Source: Thauera sp. (GTDB lineage Bacteria > Pseudomonadota > Gammaproteobacteria > Burkholderiales > Rhodocyclaceae). From it: 64,000 nt of DNA. The stretch is taken from assembly GCF_035444905.1 (NCBI RefSeq), contig NZ_DAOMPS010000014.1, positions 4,439 through 68,438 of the forward strand, in the 5' to 3' direction. The first letter of the stretch is position 1. Each line of letters opens with the position of its first letter. The notes beneath the pieces are model-generated. The model was not told where the DNA came from, did no database searches, and was given only the letters and a program-made list of their open reading frames with translations. A program made the position numbers and the translations under genes. Shown here piece by piece: positions 49,966-59,196 of the stretch.

Positions 49966-51666
49966 ATGTCCCCGCTTTCCGAACTGGCCCACAAGGTTCG
50001 AGCCCAGCTGACCGCGCCTGGCGCGCCCTTCGAGACCGTGGAGGCCGAGGTCGACGGGCGCACCGTGCGCGTCTACCGCAACGCCTTCCCCAACCTGCCG
50101 GCGCTGATCTCGAGCGCACGCGCGCACGGCGCCAAGCCGTTCATCCGCTTCCAGGGCGAGACCTGGACCTTCGACCGTTTCTTCGCCGAGGCGGACGCGG
50201 TTGCCGCGCAGCTGCGCGCCTGGGGCGTGCAGCCCGGCGACCGGGTCGCGATCGCGATGCGCAACCGGCCCGAGTGGGCGGTGGTGTTCGCGGCCGCGGC
50301 GCTGATCGGCGCGGTGCCGGCGCCGCTCAACAGCTTCGGCCTCGGCGAGGAGCTGCGTGCGGCGCTCGACGACGTCGAGCCGCGCGTCTTCGCCTGCGAC
50401 GCCGAGCGCCTGGCACGCATCGAGGGCGACACCCGCGTGCCCGGCTGCCGCATCCTGTGCGTGGGCGAAGCCGAGCTGCCTGCAGGCATCACCGACTATC
50501 GGGCGATGACCAGCCAGGCGGCCGAACCAACGGTCTCGCCCGCGCTCGCCCCGGATGACGCGGCGCTGATCCTGTTCACCTCGGGCGCGACCAGCCGGGC
50601 CAAGGGGGTGCTGTCGTCCCAGCGCGCGGTCTGCCAGGCCTTGTTCAACATCGACTTCATCGGCGCCCTGTCGGGCATGACCTCGCCCGAGGCGGTCGCG
50701 GCGCTGATGGCGAAGGGCCTGCCGCCGACCACGCTCACCGCGGTTCCGCTGTTCCACGTCAGCGGCCTGCATGCGCAGCTGCTCAGCGCACTGCGCAACG
50801 GCCGCCAGCTGGTGTTCGTCAGCCGCTGGGATCCCGCGCAGGCGATCGACGTCATCCGCGAGGAACACGTCACCCAGTTCAACGGCGCGCCGTCCATGGT
50901 GATGCAGCTCCTCGCGCAGCCGGGCTTCGACGATCCGGCCCAGACCGGCACGCTGGCCGGCCTTGGCTTCGGTGGAGCAGGGCTGCCGCAGCGCCTGATC
51001 GACGAGGTCATGCGCCGCCGGCCCAACTCGTTGTCGGGCATCGGTTTCGGCCTGACCGAGACCAACGGCGTCGGTGCCGCCGCGTCGGGCGCGCTGTTCG
51101 CCTACAAGCCGCGCAGCTCGGGCCTGACCTCGCCGATCGTCGACGTCCGCATCGCCGACCTCGACGGCCAGGCGCTGCCACCCTGCGAGTCGGGAGAGAT
51201 CTGGCTGCGCGGCGTGACCGTGATGCAGGGCTACTGGCGCAACCCGGAGGCCACCGCTGCGGCGATGCACGAAGGCTGGTTCCGCACCGGCGACGTCGGC
51301 TACGTGGACGAGGAGGGCTTCCTGTTCGTCGTCGACCGGATCAAGGACGTCATCAACCGTTGCGGCGAGAAGATCGCCGCAGCCGAGGTCGAGTCCTGCC
51401 TGCTGCAGCAGCCCGAGGTGCTAGAGGCCGCCGTGTTCGCGGTGCCCGACGAGGAGACCGGCGAGGCGATCGCTGCGGTGGTGTCGGTCCGCGAGGGCAG
51501 TGGCCTGGATGCGCAGGCCTTGCGCGCCCACGTCGGCGCCCACCTCGCCGCCTACAAGGTGCCGGCCGTCGTCCACGTGCTCACCGACGCCTTGCCGCGC
51601 AATCCGGCCGGCAAGCTGCTGAAGGCGCAGCTGCGCAGCGCCTTCATCGGCGCATCGCCAGGCTGA
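49966..51666 (+). CDS. AMP-dependent acyl-CoA synthetase/ligase
   Basis: Track ORF 49939 (TTG) trimmed to ATG 49966 (caggagttatcg upstream). It has LILFTSGATSRAKGV and GWFRTGDVGYVDEEGFLFVVDRIKD. Confidence 0.9.
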   Translation: MSPLSELAHKVRAQLTAPGAPFETVEAEVDGRTVRVYRNAFPNLPALISSARAHGAKPFIRFQGETWTFDRFFAEADAVAAQLRAWGVQPGDRVAIAMRNRPEWAVVFAAAALIGAVPAPLNSFGLGEELRAALDDVEPRVFACDAERLARIEGDTRVPGCRILCVGEAELPAGITDYRAMTSQAAEPTVSPALAPDDAALILFTSGATSRAKGVLSSQRAVCQALFNIDFIGALSGMTSPEAVAALMAKGLPPTTLTAVPLFHVSGLHAQLLSALRNGRQLVFVSRWDPAQAIDVIREEHVTQFNGAPSMVMQLLAQPGFDDPAQTGTLAGLGFGGAGLPQRLIDEVMRRRPNSLSGIGFGLTETNGVGAAASGALFAYKPRSSGLTSPIVDVRIADLDGQALPPCESGEIWLRGVTVMQGYWRNPEATAAAMHEGWFRTGDVGYVDEEGFLFVVDRIKDVINRCGEKIAAAEVESCLLQQPEVLEAAVFAVPDEETGEAIAAVVSVREGSGLDAQALRAHVGAHLAAYKVPAVVHVLTDALPRNPAGKLLKAQLRSAFIGASPG

Positions 51667-51689
51667 CTATTTCGGCCGAACGCCCCGAT

Positions 51690-51709
51690 TTAGTCCCATC
51701 GGACGATGT
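51690..51709. promoter_or_regulatory. Copy of recurring motif TTAGTC-N5-GGACGATGT
   Basis: TTAGTCccatcGGACGATGT lies 131 bp upstream of ATG 51840. It differs from the 4958 copy only within the 5-nt spacer (ccatc versus cattc). Confidence 0.5.
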
Positions 51710-51839
51710 AGTGGGTGACCCGAAAGCCAAACAATGGGAACACGGATGCAAGAGCGGCGCGACAGACCGAGAAGCCCTCCGCATCCGGTTCGCTGGATCA
51801 ATCGGGACACTTGATACGCCCACCAGGAAGGAGACTTAA

Positions 51840-53222
51840 ATGAACAAAACCCGTGTTTGGGTGCCGGTCATGACCACGATCGCGTTGTCGATGGCTGCCG
51901 GTAATGCGATGGCCAAAGTGACCGAAGCCGAAGCTGCCAAGCTTGGCAAGGAACTTACTTGTGTCGGTGCCGAGGCCGGCCCGAACGCGGACGGCAGCAT
52001 CCCTGCCTTCTCCGGAAAGTGGCTGGGCAAGCCGCCTCACGTCGAGTACTCGCCGCACGTCGGCCAGCATCCGGTGGACGTGTATCCGGAAGACAAGCCG
52101 TTGTTCGAGATCACCGCGGCGAACATGGACCAGTATGCGGACAAGCTGAGCGAAGGCCAGAAGGCCATGCTCAAGCGCTTCCCTGAGACCTTCCGCATGC
52201 CGGTGTATCAGAGCCGCCGCGATTTCCGCTATCCGGACATCATCTGCGAGCTGGCAAAGAAGAACGCGCTGGAGGCGGAGCTGATCGACGGCGGGCTCGG
52301 CTACACGGGCTACAAGGGGCCGGTCGGGTTTCCGATCCCCAAGGAGCCGATGGAAGTCCTGGCCAACATGAACTTCCCCTACCGCGCATTCACCGAGCAC
52401 ATCGTCCGTGATACCGCAGACGTCTCGTCGGACGGCAGCATCACCTGGGGTCGCCAGGTCAACAAGAACCTGAACGTGGTCACGACGCCCGATGAGCTGG
52501 GCAAGCCGATGGAAGGCCTGATGGCCTACTCGATCTCCGGCACCTTGCTCCCCGAGCGCGACCGCGGCAGCTACACCGCCTCGCAGGAGCCGGTGAACTT
52601 CGCGCGGGCCAAGCGCCTGGCCTGGCAGTACGACCCGGGCACCCGTCGCGTGCGCCAGCTGCCGACCTACGGCTTCGACTCGCCGATGGGTGGTACCGGC
52701 GGCAAGATGACCATCGACCAGGACCGCCTGATGAACGGCGACCCCAGCCGCTATGAGTGGACGCTGCACGGCAAGAAGGAGATGTACATCCCGGCGAACG
52801 CCTACCGCATCCACTCCAAGGACGTGAAATACGCCGACCTGCTGACCAAGGGTCACGCCAACCCCAAGTTCATGCGCTATGAACTGCGCCGGGTGTGGGT
52901 GCTCGAGGGCAAGCTCAAGGAGGGCTATCGCCACGCCTTCGGCAAGCGCGTGATGTTCATCGACGAGGACAACTGGCAGGCCTCGGTGGGCGATTACTAC
53001 GACACCCGCGGCGAGTTGTGGCAGCACGCCTTCATCAACCACTACTACGCCTTCGACCTGAACGCCTGGCAGGCCGGCACCGCCTTCTACCACGACCTCA
53101 ACTCGGGCGCCTATGTCGGCTTCAACCTGGTCCAGGAGCGCGACAAGGCGTGGGTCCTCAATGCCGGCGACCTGACCCCCGACATGTACACCCCTGCCGC
53201 GCTGCGTGCAATGGGCCAGTGA
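51840..53222 (+). CDS. DUF1329-family periplasmic/outer-membrane-associated protein (LolA-like)
   Basis: 460 aa with the signal peptide MNKTRVWVPVMTTIALSMAAGNAMA. The family call is from recollection of DUF1329 sequences and from pairing with a DUF1302-like barrel. Confidence 0.85.
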   Translation: MNKTRVWVPVMTTIALSMAAGNAMAKVTEAEAAKLGKELTCVGAEAGPNADGSIPAFSGKWLGKPPHVEYSPHVGQHPVDVYPEDKPLFEITAANMDQYADKLSEGQKAMLKRFPETFRMPVYQSRRDFRYPDIICELAKKNALEAELIDGGLGYTGYKGPVGFPIPKEPMEVLANMNFPYRAFTEHIVRDTADVSSDGSITWGRQVNKNLNVVTTPDELGKPMEGLMAYSISGTLLPERDRGSYTASQEPVNFARAKRLAWQYDPGTRRVRQLPTYGFDSPMGGTGGKMTIDQDRLMNGDPSRYEWTLHGKKEMYIPANAYRIHSKDVKYADLLTKGHANPKFMRYELRRVWVLEGKLKEGYRHAFGKRVMFIDEDNWQASVGDYYDTRGELWQHAFINHYYAFDLNAWQAGTAFYHDLNSGAYVGFNLVQERDKAWVLNAGDLTPDMYTPAALRAMGQ

Positions 53223-53254
53223 GCGAATAGAGCGAACCATAGGGAGCACGCAGC

Positions 53255-54868
53255 ATGAAACTGCACAGGAAGATGAAGCCGGTTGCGCTCGCCGTGATCG
53301 GGATGGGAATGGTCGCGCCAGCGATGGCCTTCGAGGCGATCGAGTTCGAGAATGGGGCGGTGCTGGAATCGCGACTGACCACGACCTATACCTTGTCGAC
53401 CCGTCTTGAGGAGCGTGATCGTCTGCTCGCCAACAACCCGGGCGGCAATGACGGCAACAACAACTTCGACAAGGGCGCGCTGACCTCGAACCGGGTGAGC
53501 CTGCTGCTCGACACGCACTTCAAGAAGGGCCGTTCGGGTTTCATTCTGTCGGCGAGCACCTTCTACGACGACGTCTATCATAGTGCGAACGACAACGACG
53601 GCACCTCGTTCCCGAACAAGATCGGGGGACCGGCGAATCGTTTCACCAGTGACGCGAAGCGCTACCACGGCGGTTACAGCCGTCTGCTTGACGCCTACGG
53701 CTACACCTCGTTCGATGTCGGCCAGGAAGGGCGTGCAACGGTTCGCCTTGGCAAGCACGTGGTGTCCTGGGGCGAGACCCTGTTCATCCCAGGCATCTCG
53801 GCTGCTCAGGGGCCTGCGGATGGAACCAAGGCCGGCATTCCGGGTACCGAGGTCAAGGATCAGCTCCTTCCGGAGGACCAGATCTCGGCCCTGTTCGAGG
53901 TCAACGAGAGGCTGTCGCTGATGGCCCACGCGCAATATGGCTGGCACAAGACGCTGGTCAATGCGCCGGGCTCATTCATGAGCACTTCTGATGTCGTTGG
54001 GCCCGGCGCTGTCTGCCTGACCCCTGGGCCGATGTGTGGTGTTCCGCGTAGTGCCGACGACAAGCCTGGCAAGACGGGGCAGTGGGGTATCGGTGCCAAG
54101 TACCGGGTGACAGACGAAACTGAGGTCGGCCTGATCTATCTCAATTACCACGATCGGGCGCCGATGGTGGATATTGACTACGTCGGAGCTAACCTGGGTG
54201 GCGGGAGTATTGGGTTCAACCACCGCTATTTCGAGGACATCAAGATGCTCGGTGCGACGTTCAGCACCAGCTTCGGTATCGCGACCCTTGGTGGTGAAAT
54301 CTCGTATCGGAAGGACGCGCCCGCTCTTGTCAGCACCCGGTTTGGTCCGGCAGTGATCCCAACCGCCACCACGGCCGACGTGTTGCAGACCAACCTCAAC
54401 ACTTTCATCAACCTGGGGCGTACCTTCCTGGCTCCGCAGGGTAACTTCCTCGCCGAAGTCGCTTACACGGACGTCCGCAACCCGGACGCGCGTCGTGTGC
54501 CCGGGGCGACCGCCACCTCCAACCAGTTCGGGCTGACCCCCGAGTCCGACTCGCTGAACTTCGGCAGCTACGGCCTCGCCTTCGCCTCGACGCTCAGCCT
54601 GACCTACCCGGGCATCATCGAGAACTGGGAGTTGGGTGTGCCGATCAGCTACTCGCGCCAGCTCAAGGGCCGCACGCTGCAGGGCAACCTCGGCATGGGC
54701 GAGGGTGATCACCGTATGAGCGTGGGTGCGACGATGACCTATCGCCGCAACCTGCAGATCGGCCTGACCTACCTGGGCTACTTCGGCGATGCCAGCCTGG
54801 ATCCGGTGAAGAACCGTCAGCTCACCGACCGCGACCAGCTCTCCCTGGTGGTGAAGTACACCTTCTGA
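53255..54868 (+). CDS. DUF1302-family outer-membrane beta-barrel protein
   Basis: 537 aa with a signal peptide ending APAMA, alternating beta-strand pattern and a C-terminal ...LSLVVKYTF (terminal Phe). Confidence 0.85.
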   Translation: MKLHRKMKPVALAVIGMGMVAPAMAFEAIEFENGAVLESRLTTTYTLSTRLEERDRLLANNPGGNDGNNNFDKGALTSNRVSLLLDTHFKKGRSGFILSASTFYDDVYHSANDNDGTSFPNKIGGPANRFTSDAKRYHGGYSRLLDAYGYTSFDVGQEGRATVRLGKHVVSWGETLFIPGISAAQGPADGTKAGIPGTEVKDQLLPEDQISALFEVNERLSLMAHAQYGWHKTLVNAPGSFMSTSDVVGPGAVCLTPGPMCGVPRSADDKPGKTGQWGIGAKYRVTDETEVGLIYLNYHDRAPMVDIDYVGANLGGGSIGFNHRYFEDIKMLGATFSTSFGIATLGGEISYRKDAPALVSTRFGPAVIPTATTADVLQTNLNTFINLGRTFLAPQGNFLAEVAYTDVRNPDARRVPGATATSNQFGLTPESDSLNFGSYGLAFASTLSLTYPGIIENWELGVPISYSRQLKGRTLQGNLGMGEGDHRMSVGATMTYRRNLQIGLTYLGYFGDASLDPVKNRQLTDRDQLSLVVKYTF

Positions 54869-54889
54869 TCCGCTCCTGAAGCGCTTCCT

Positions 54890-54926
54890 GAAGCCCGCCG
54901 GCCTCCGTGCCGAGCGGGCTTCTTCT
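54890..54926 (+). terminator. Possible terminator hairpin after the DUF1302 gene
   Basis: GAAGCCCGC...GCGGGCTTC forms a 9-bp stem with a 15-nt loop, followed by TTCT. Confidence 0.4.
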
Positions 54927-54943
54927 CGTCCGTCTTCCGCGCG

Positions 54944-54986
54944 GGAAAAACGAGAACGCCACTGGCTCGACGAGTCAGTGGCGTTC
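54944..54986 (-). terminator. Rho-independent terminator of the minus-strand beta-oxidation operon
   Basis: GAACGCCACTG...CAGTGGCGTTC forms an 11-bp stem. On the minus strand it is followed by TCGTTTTTCCC. Confidence 0.6.
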
Positions 54987-55054
54987 TTCAGGCTCTTCAC
55001 GGAATGGGCGTGCTGCGCGGCGGGGTCGATCCCTTGGCCGGCCCCGCTTCCCGC

Positions 55055-56680
55055 TCACCCGGCATATTCCGCCGAGGCCACTGCGTTCTGCGCCACTTCC
55101 TTCGCCCACACGTAGTTCGCCTTGCCGGCGGCCGAGCGCAGCACCTCCGGTACGGTCACGATCTCCTTCGGGACCTTGTAGCCGGCCAGATGCGCATGGC
55201 AGAGGGTGCGCAGCGCCGCGTGGTCTAGCGCCACCCCCGGTCGCACCGAGACCACCGCGCTGACCTTCTGTCCCCAGCGCGGATCAGGCAGGCCGACGAC
55301 GACGGCGTCGAGGATCTGCGGGCTCATGCGGAGGACCTCCTCGACCTCCTCCGGGAACACCTTCTCGCCGCCGGTGTTGATGCAGTTGTTGCCGCGGCCG
55401 AAGATCACGATCGAGCCGTCCTCGTCGCGCCGAGCGGCGTCGCCGGTGATCGCGTAGCGCGTGCCGTCGATGGTGACGAAGGCCTCGGCGGTCTTGGCGG
55501 GATCGCCGTAGTAGCCGAGCGGCAGGTAGCCGCTGCGGGCGAGGATGCCGGACTCGCCCGGCGCGGCGATGCGCTTGCCCTCGACCACGACGGCGAGGTC
55601 CGGGCGCGCCGCGATCTTGATCATGCCGCCTTCGACCGGCTTGGCACCCATGCCGAGGGCGCCCCCTTCGGACGAGCCCATGCCGTCGCTGAAATAGACG
55701 TTCGCCGGCAGGAAGGGCTTGAGGGCCTCCTTGACGTGGGCCGACATCACGGCGCCGCCGTTGCCGAACAGGAACAGCGCGGACAGGTCCCAGCGCCCCG
55801 GGTGGGCCTTCAGGGCATCGAGGATAGGCAGCGCCATCGCGTCGCCGACGAGGGTGATGCCGTTCAACTTCTCGGCCACGGCGATGTCGAGCACGTGCTC
55901 GGCGTTGAAGTGGTGCTGGTCGTTGAGCACCACGGTGTGGCCGGCGAACAGCGACACCATGGTGGCCCAGTGTGCAGCGCCATGCATCAGCGGTGCGACC
56001 GGCATGAAGCGCAGCGGATGCGCCTTGCGGATGCGGTCGGCGAGCTGTTGCGGGGTCGTCACCGGACCGTCGGCCGGGGCGTAGAAACCGCCGCCGCCGA
56101 GGCAGCCGAAGAAGAGGTCCTTGTGCGGCCACATCACGCCCTTGGGCTTGCCGGTGGTGCCGCCGGTGTAGAGCAGGGAGAGGTCATCGTCGCTGCAGCG
56201 GACGTCTTGCAGGGCGCGGACGTCGTCCATCCGCGCGTCCTCGTACGCGGTGGCGCCGGCCAGCGCGGGGGCGCCGCCGCCGGTGCGCACCTTCACCTTC
56301 AGATCCGGGGCGGCGTCGAGCACCTCGGCGACGGCGGGCTCGAGCTCGGCGCTGTAGAACAGCGCCTTGATGCCGGCGTTGTCGTAGATGTAGCGCAGCT
56401 CGTCGGCGACGTAGCGGTAGTTGATGTTGGCCGGCACCGCGCGCACGCGGCAAGCGGCGAGGAAGGCCTCGAGGTATTCGGCCGAGTTGTACATCTGCAG
56501 GCCGACGACGTCGCCCTGGCCGATGCCCTGGGCGTGCAGCCAGGCGGCGAGGCTGTCGACGCGCTCGGCCATCTGGCGGTAGCTGCGGCGGGTGTCGCCG
56601 ATGACCAGCGCATCGCGCTCGGGTACGGTCTCGGCGGTGATCGCGAACAGGTCCGCGAGGCTGAAGGTGCGTGGGTTCAT
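55055..56680 (-). CDS. AMP-dependent acyl-CoA synthetase (FadD3/FadD19-like steroid-acid CoA ligase type)
   Basis: Track ORF 55055..56794 trimmed to ATG 56680 (gacggagacatc upstream). It has LLYTGGTTGKPKGVMW and ITGDAARRDEDGSIVIFGRGNNCINTGGEKV. Confidence 0.9.
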   Translation of the reverse strand: MNPRTFSLADLFAITAETVPERDALVIGDTRRSYRQMAERVDSLAAWLHAQGIGQGDVVGLQMYNSAEYLEAFLAACRVRAVPANINYRYVADELRYIYDNAGIKALFYSAELEPAVAEVLDAAPDLKVKVRTGGGAPALAGATAYEDARMDDVRALQDVRCSDDDLSLLYTGGTTGKPKGVMWPHKDLFFGCLGGGGFYAPADGPVTTPQQLADRIRKAHPLRFMPVAPLMHGAAHWATMVSLFAGHTVVLNDQHHFNAEHVLDIAVAEKLNGITLVGDAMALPILDALKAHPGRWDLSALFLFGNGGAVMSAHVKEALKPFLPANVYFSDGMGSSEGGALGMGAKPVEGGMIKIAARPDLAVVVEGKRIAAPGESGILARSGYLPLGYYGDPAKTAEAFVTIDGTRYAITGDAARRDEDGSIVIFGRGNNCINTGGEKVFPEEVEEVLRMSPQILDAVVVGLPDPRWGQKVSAVVSVRPGVALDHAALRTLCHAHLAGYKVPKEIVTVPEVLRSAAGKANYVWAKEVAQNAVASAEYAG

Positions 56681-56690
56681 GATGTCTCCG

Positions 56691-56710
56691 TCGTGTGGTT
56701 GTCGTGTGGT
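56691..56710. repeat. 11-bp tandem direct repeat in the 5-prime leader of the CoA-ligase gene
   Basis: TCGTGTGGT-tg-TCGTGTGGT (minus strand: ACCACACGA ca ACCACACGA), 11-30 nt upstream of ATG 56680. Confidence 0.6.
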
Positions 56711-56753
56711 CGTCCCGATCGGCGCCAGCGCGCCCGGGACGGCAGCGGCGTGG

Positions 56754-57926
56754 TCAGATCGCGCCGGCGGCCTTGAGCGCCGCGATGGCGTCATCGCCGT
56801 GGCCGAGCGCGCGCAGCACCGCTTCGTTGTGCTCGCCGGCCGCAGGCGGCGGACGGTCGAGGCTGAAGGCGTAGTCGCTCATCTTCACCGGGAAGGCGAA
56901 GTAGGGCGCGCTGCCGCCGTCGGGCAGCGGCGTGTCCACCGTCATGCCGCGCGCGCGGGTGAGCGGGTGGGCGAGCACCTCGTCGATACGCAGCACCGGG
57001 CTCACGCAGGCGTCCACGCCGGCGAGCACAGTGGTCCATTCCGCCAGGCTGCGCGCCTTGATGATGTCCGCGACCTGGGCCTTGACCGCGGCGCCGGCCT
57101 TGCCGGCCGCCCAGCCGCTCTTGCTCAGCTCGGGACAACCGGCGGCGGCGCAGAAGGCCTGCCAGAACTTGGGCTCCAGCGCCCCGACCGCCAGATGGCG
57201 ACCATCGGCGGTCTCGTAGGTGCCGTAGCAGGGCAGACCGCCCGACAAGGTGTCGTGGCCGGCGGGCACCGGCTGCTTCCAGCTGTGCAGGCTGGCGAGC
57301 GGCTGAACGTTGAGCGCCATGGCGCAGTCGGTCATCGACACGTCGATGAAGCGCCCCTGGCCGCTGCGCTGCGCGTCGAACAGCGCGGCGAGGATCGCCA
57401 TCGCCGCCGACAGCGCGCCGCCGGCCAGATCGGCGATCGGGAAGTTGCCCGGATGCGGCTTGCCTCCGGGCGCCGCGCTCTGCTCGAGGATGCCGGCGTA
57501 GCTCTGGTAGTTGATGTCGTGGCCGCCGAGCTCGGCAAGCGGGCCGTCCTGGCCGTAGCCGCTGATCGCGCAATACACCAGCTTCGGGTTGATCGCCTTG
57601 AGGTCGTCAAAACCGATGCCGAGCCGGCTCATCACGCCGGGGCGGAAGCCCTCGACGACGATGTCGGCGTCCTTGGCCAGGGCGTGGATGATGTCGCGGG
57701 CGCCGGACGCGCGCAGGTTGATCGCCAGCGAGCGCTTGTTGCGGTTCACCGCGAGAAAGAAGTGCGAGATCGGCGTGCCGGCCGGGCCGCGCGCGGCTTC
57801 GCCGCCGGGCGGCTCGATCTTGATCACGTCCGCGCCCATATCGGCCAGGTGCAGGGTACACATCGGCCCGGGCAGGAGCTGGGTGAAGTCGAGCACCTTG
57901 ACGCCGCTCAGGGGTTTGCTTGCCAT
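56754..57926 (-). CDS. Family III CoA-transferase fold (CaiB/BaiF), alpha-methylacyl-CoA racemase-like
   Basis: Track ORF 56754..57947 trimmed to ATG 57926 (gaggagacaagacg upstream). It has GVKVLDFTQLLPGPMCTLHLADMGADVIKIE and GHDINYQ. Confidence 0.86.
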   Translation of the reverse strand: MASKPLSGVKVLDFTQLLPGPMCTLHLADMGADVIKIEPPGGEAARGPAGTPISHFFLAVNRNKRSLAINLRASGARDIIHALAKDADIVVEGFRPGVMSRLGIGFDDLKAINPKLVYCAISGYGQDGPLAELGGHDINYQSYAGILEQSAAPGGKPHPGNFPIADLAGGALSAAMAILAALFDAQRSGQGRFIDVSMTDCAMALNVQPLASLHSWKQPVPAGHDTLSGGLPCYGTYETADGRHLAVGALEPKFWQAFCAAAGCPELSKSGWAAGKAGAAVKAQVADIIKARSLAEWTTVLAGVDACVSPVLRIDEVLAHPLTRARGMTVDTPLPDGGSAPYFAFPVKMSDYAFSLDRPPPAAGEHNEAVLRALGHGDDAIAALKAAGAI

Positions 57927-57951
57927 CGTCTTGTCTCCTCCGTGCACTGCG

Positions 57952-59181
57952 TCAGCTGCGTTCGAGGTCGCGGAACGGGACCTTGCGGTCGCTGCGGATC
58001 TCGCCGGGCAGGCCGAGCACGCGCTCGGCGATCACGTTCTTCAGGATCTCGTCGGTGCCGCCGCCCATGCGCGCGCCGGGCGAGCCCAGCCACAGCCGCT
58101 GCATATAGCGCCAGTCGCCACCCAGGGCCTCGTGGCCGATCATGCCCTCGGGGCCGGCGAGCTCGAGTGCGAAGGCCGCGATGTCCTGCATGGCCTTGCC
58201 GGCGACCAGTTTGGTGATCGACATCTCGGGGCCGGGCGCCTTGCCCTTCGAGATCGCCGTGAGGCCGCGGGCGATCACGAGCTCGACGCCTTTCTGCTGC
58301 AGGTAGGCGTCGGCGATGCGGGCGCGCACGCGATCGTCCTCGATCGCCGGACGATCATCCCATGCGCATTTCTGCGCCAGCGCAATGAGATGTTCGTGCA
58401 GGTCGGTGGGCAGGTTGCCGCCGACCGACAGGCGCTCCTGCATCAGCGTGCTCAGCATCACCTTCCAGCCGCCGCATTCGGGGCCGAGGCGGTAGGTGTC
58501 GGGGATGCGCACGTCGGTGAAGAAGACCTCGTTGAACTCCGAGTCGCCCGACATCTGGTGGATCGGACGGACCTCGACGCCGGGGGCCTTCATGTCAACG
58601 ATGAACATCGTCAGGCCTTCCTGCTTGGGCTTGTCCCAGTCGGTGCGGGTGAGCAGGATGCCGTAGTCGCAGAAGTGCGCACCCGAGGTCCATACCTTCT
58701 GGCCGTTGACGATCCAGTCGTCGCCTTCGCGCACCGCGCGCGTGCGCACGCCACCGGTGTCCGACCCGGCGCCGGGCTCGGAGAAGAGCTGGCACCAGAT
58801 CTCCTCGCCGGCAAGGCCGGGGCGCAGGAAGCGGGCCTTGAGCTCGGGCGCGGCCCAGGTCATCACCGTGGGCAGGCCCATGCCGATGCTGATCTCGAAG
58901 ATCATGCCCGGCACCACGAAGGCGGCTTCCTCCTGCTGGTAGATCACCTGCTGCATGGCGGTGCCGCCGCGGCCGCCGGCCGCCTTCGGCCAGGTGATGG
59001 CGGCATAGCCGGCTGCGGCCTTCTTCGCCTGCCAGGCCTTGGCGGCGGCGAGCCGCGCGGCGTCGTCCAGGCCTTCGCCGAAGACCTCGTCGGGGCGGCT
59101 GCGTTTCTGGCCGTTGGCTTCCAGCCAGGCGCGCACTTCGGCGCGGAAGGCGGCTTCTTCGGGGGTGTCTCTGAAGTCCAT
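57952..59181 (-). CDS. Acyl-CoA dehydrogenase, catalytic-type subunit
   Basis: It has FSEPGAGSD and a C-terminal GGGTDEILKNVIAERVLGLPG. Confidence 0.92.
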   Translation of the reverse strand: MDFRDTPEEAAFRAEVRAWLEANGQKRSRPDEVFGEGLDDAARLAAAKAWQAKKAAAGYAAITWPKAAGGRGGTAMQQVIYQQEEAAFVVPGMIFEISIGMGLPTVMTWAAPELKARFLRPGLAGEEIWCQLFSEPGAGSDTGGVRTRAVREGDDWIVNGQKVWTSGAHFCDYGILLTRTDWDKPKQEGLTMFIVDMKAPGVEVRPIHQMSGDSEFNEVFFTDVRIPDTYRLGPECGGWKVMLSTLMQERLSVGGNLPTDLHEHLIALAQKCAWDDRPAIEDDRVRARIADAYLQQKGVELVIARGLTAISKGKAPGPEMSITKLVAGKAMQDIAAFALELAGPEGMIGHEALGGDWRYMQRLWLGSPGARMGGGTDEILKNVIAERVLGLPGEIRSDRKVPFRDLERS

Positions 59182-59196
59182 GTGGGCGTGTTCCGC

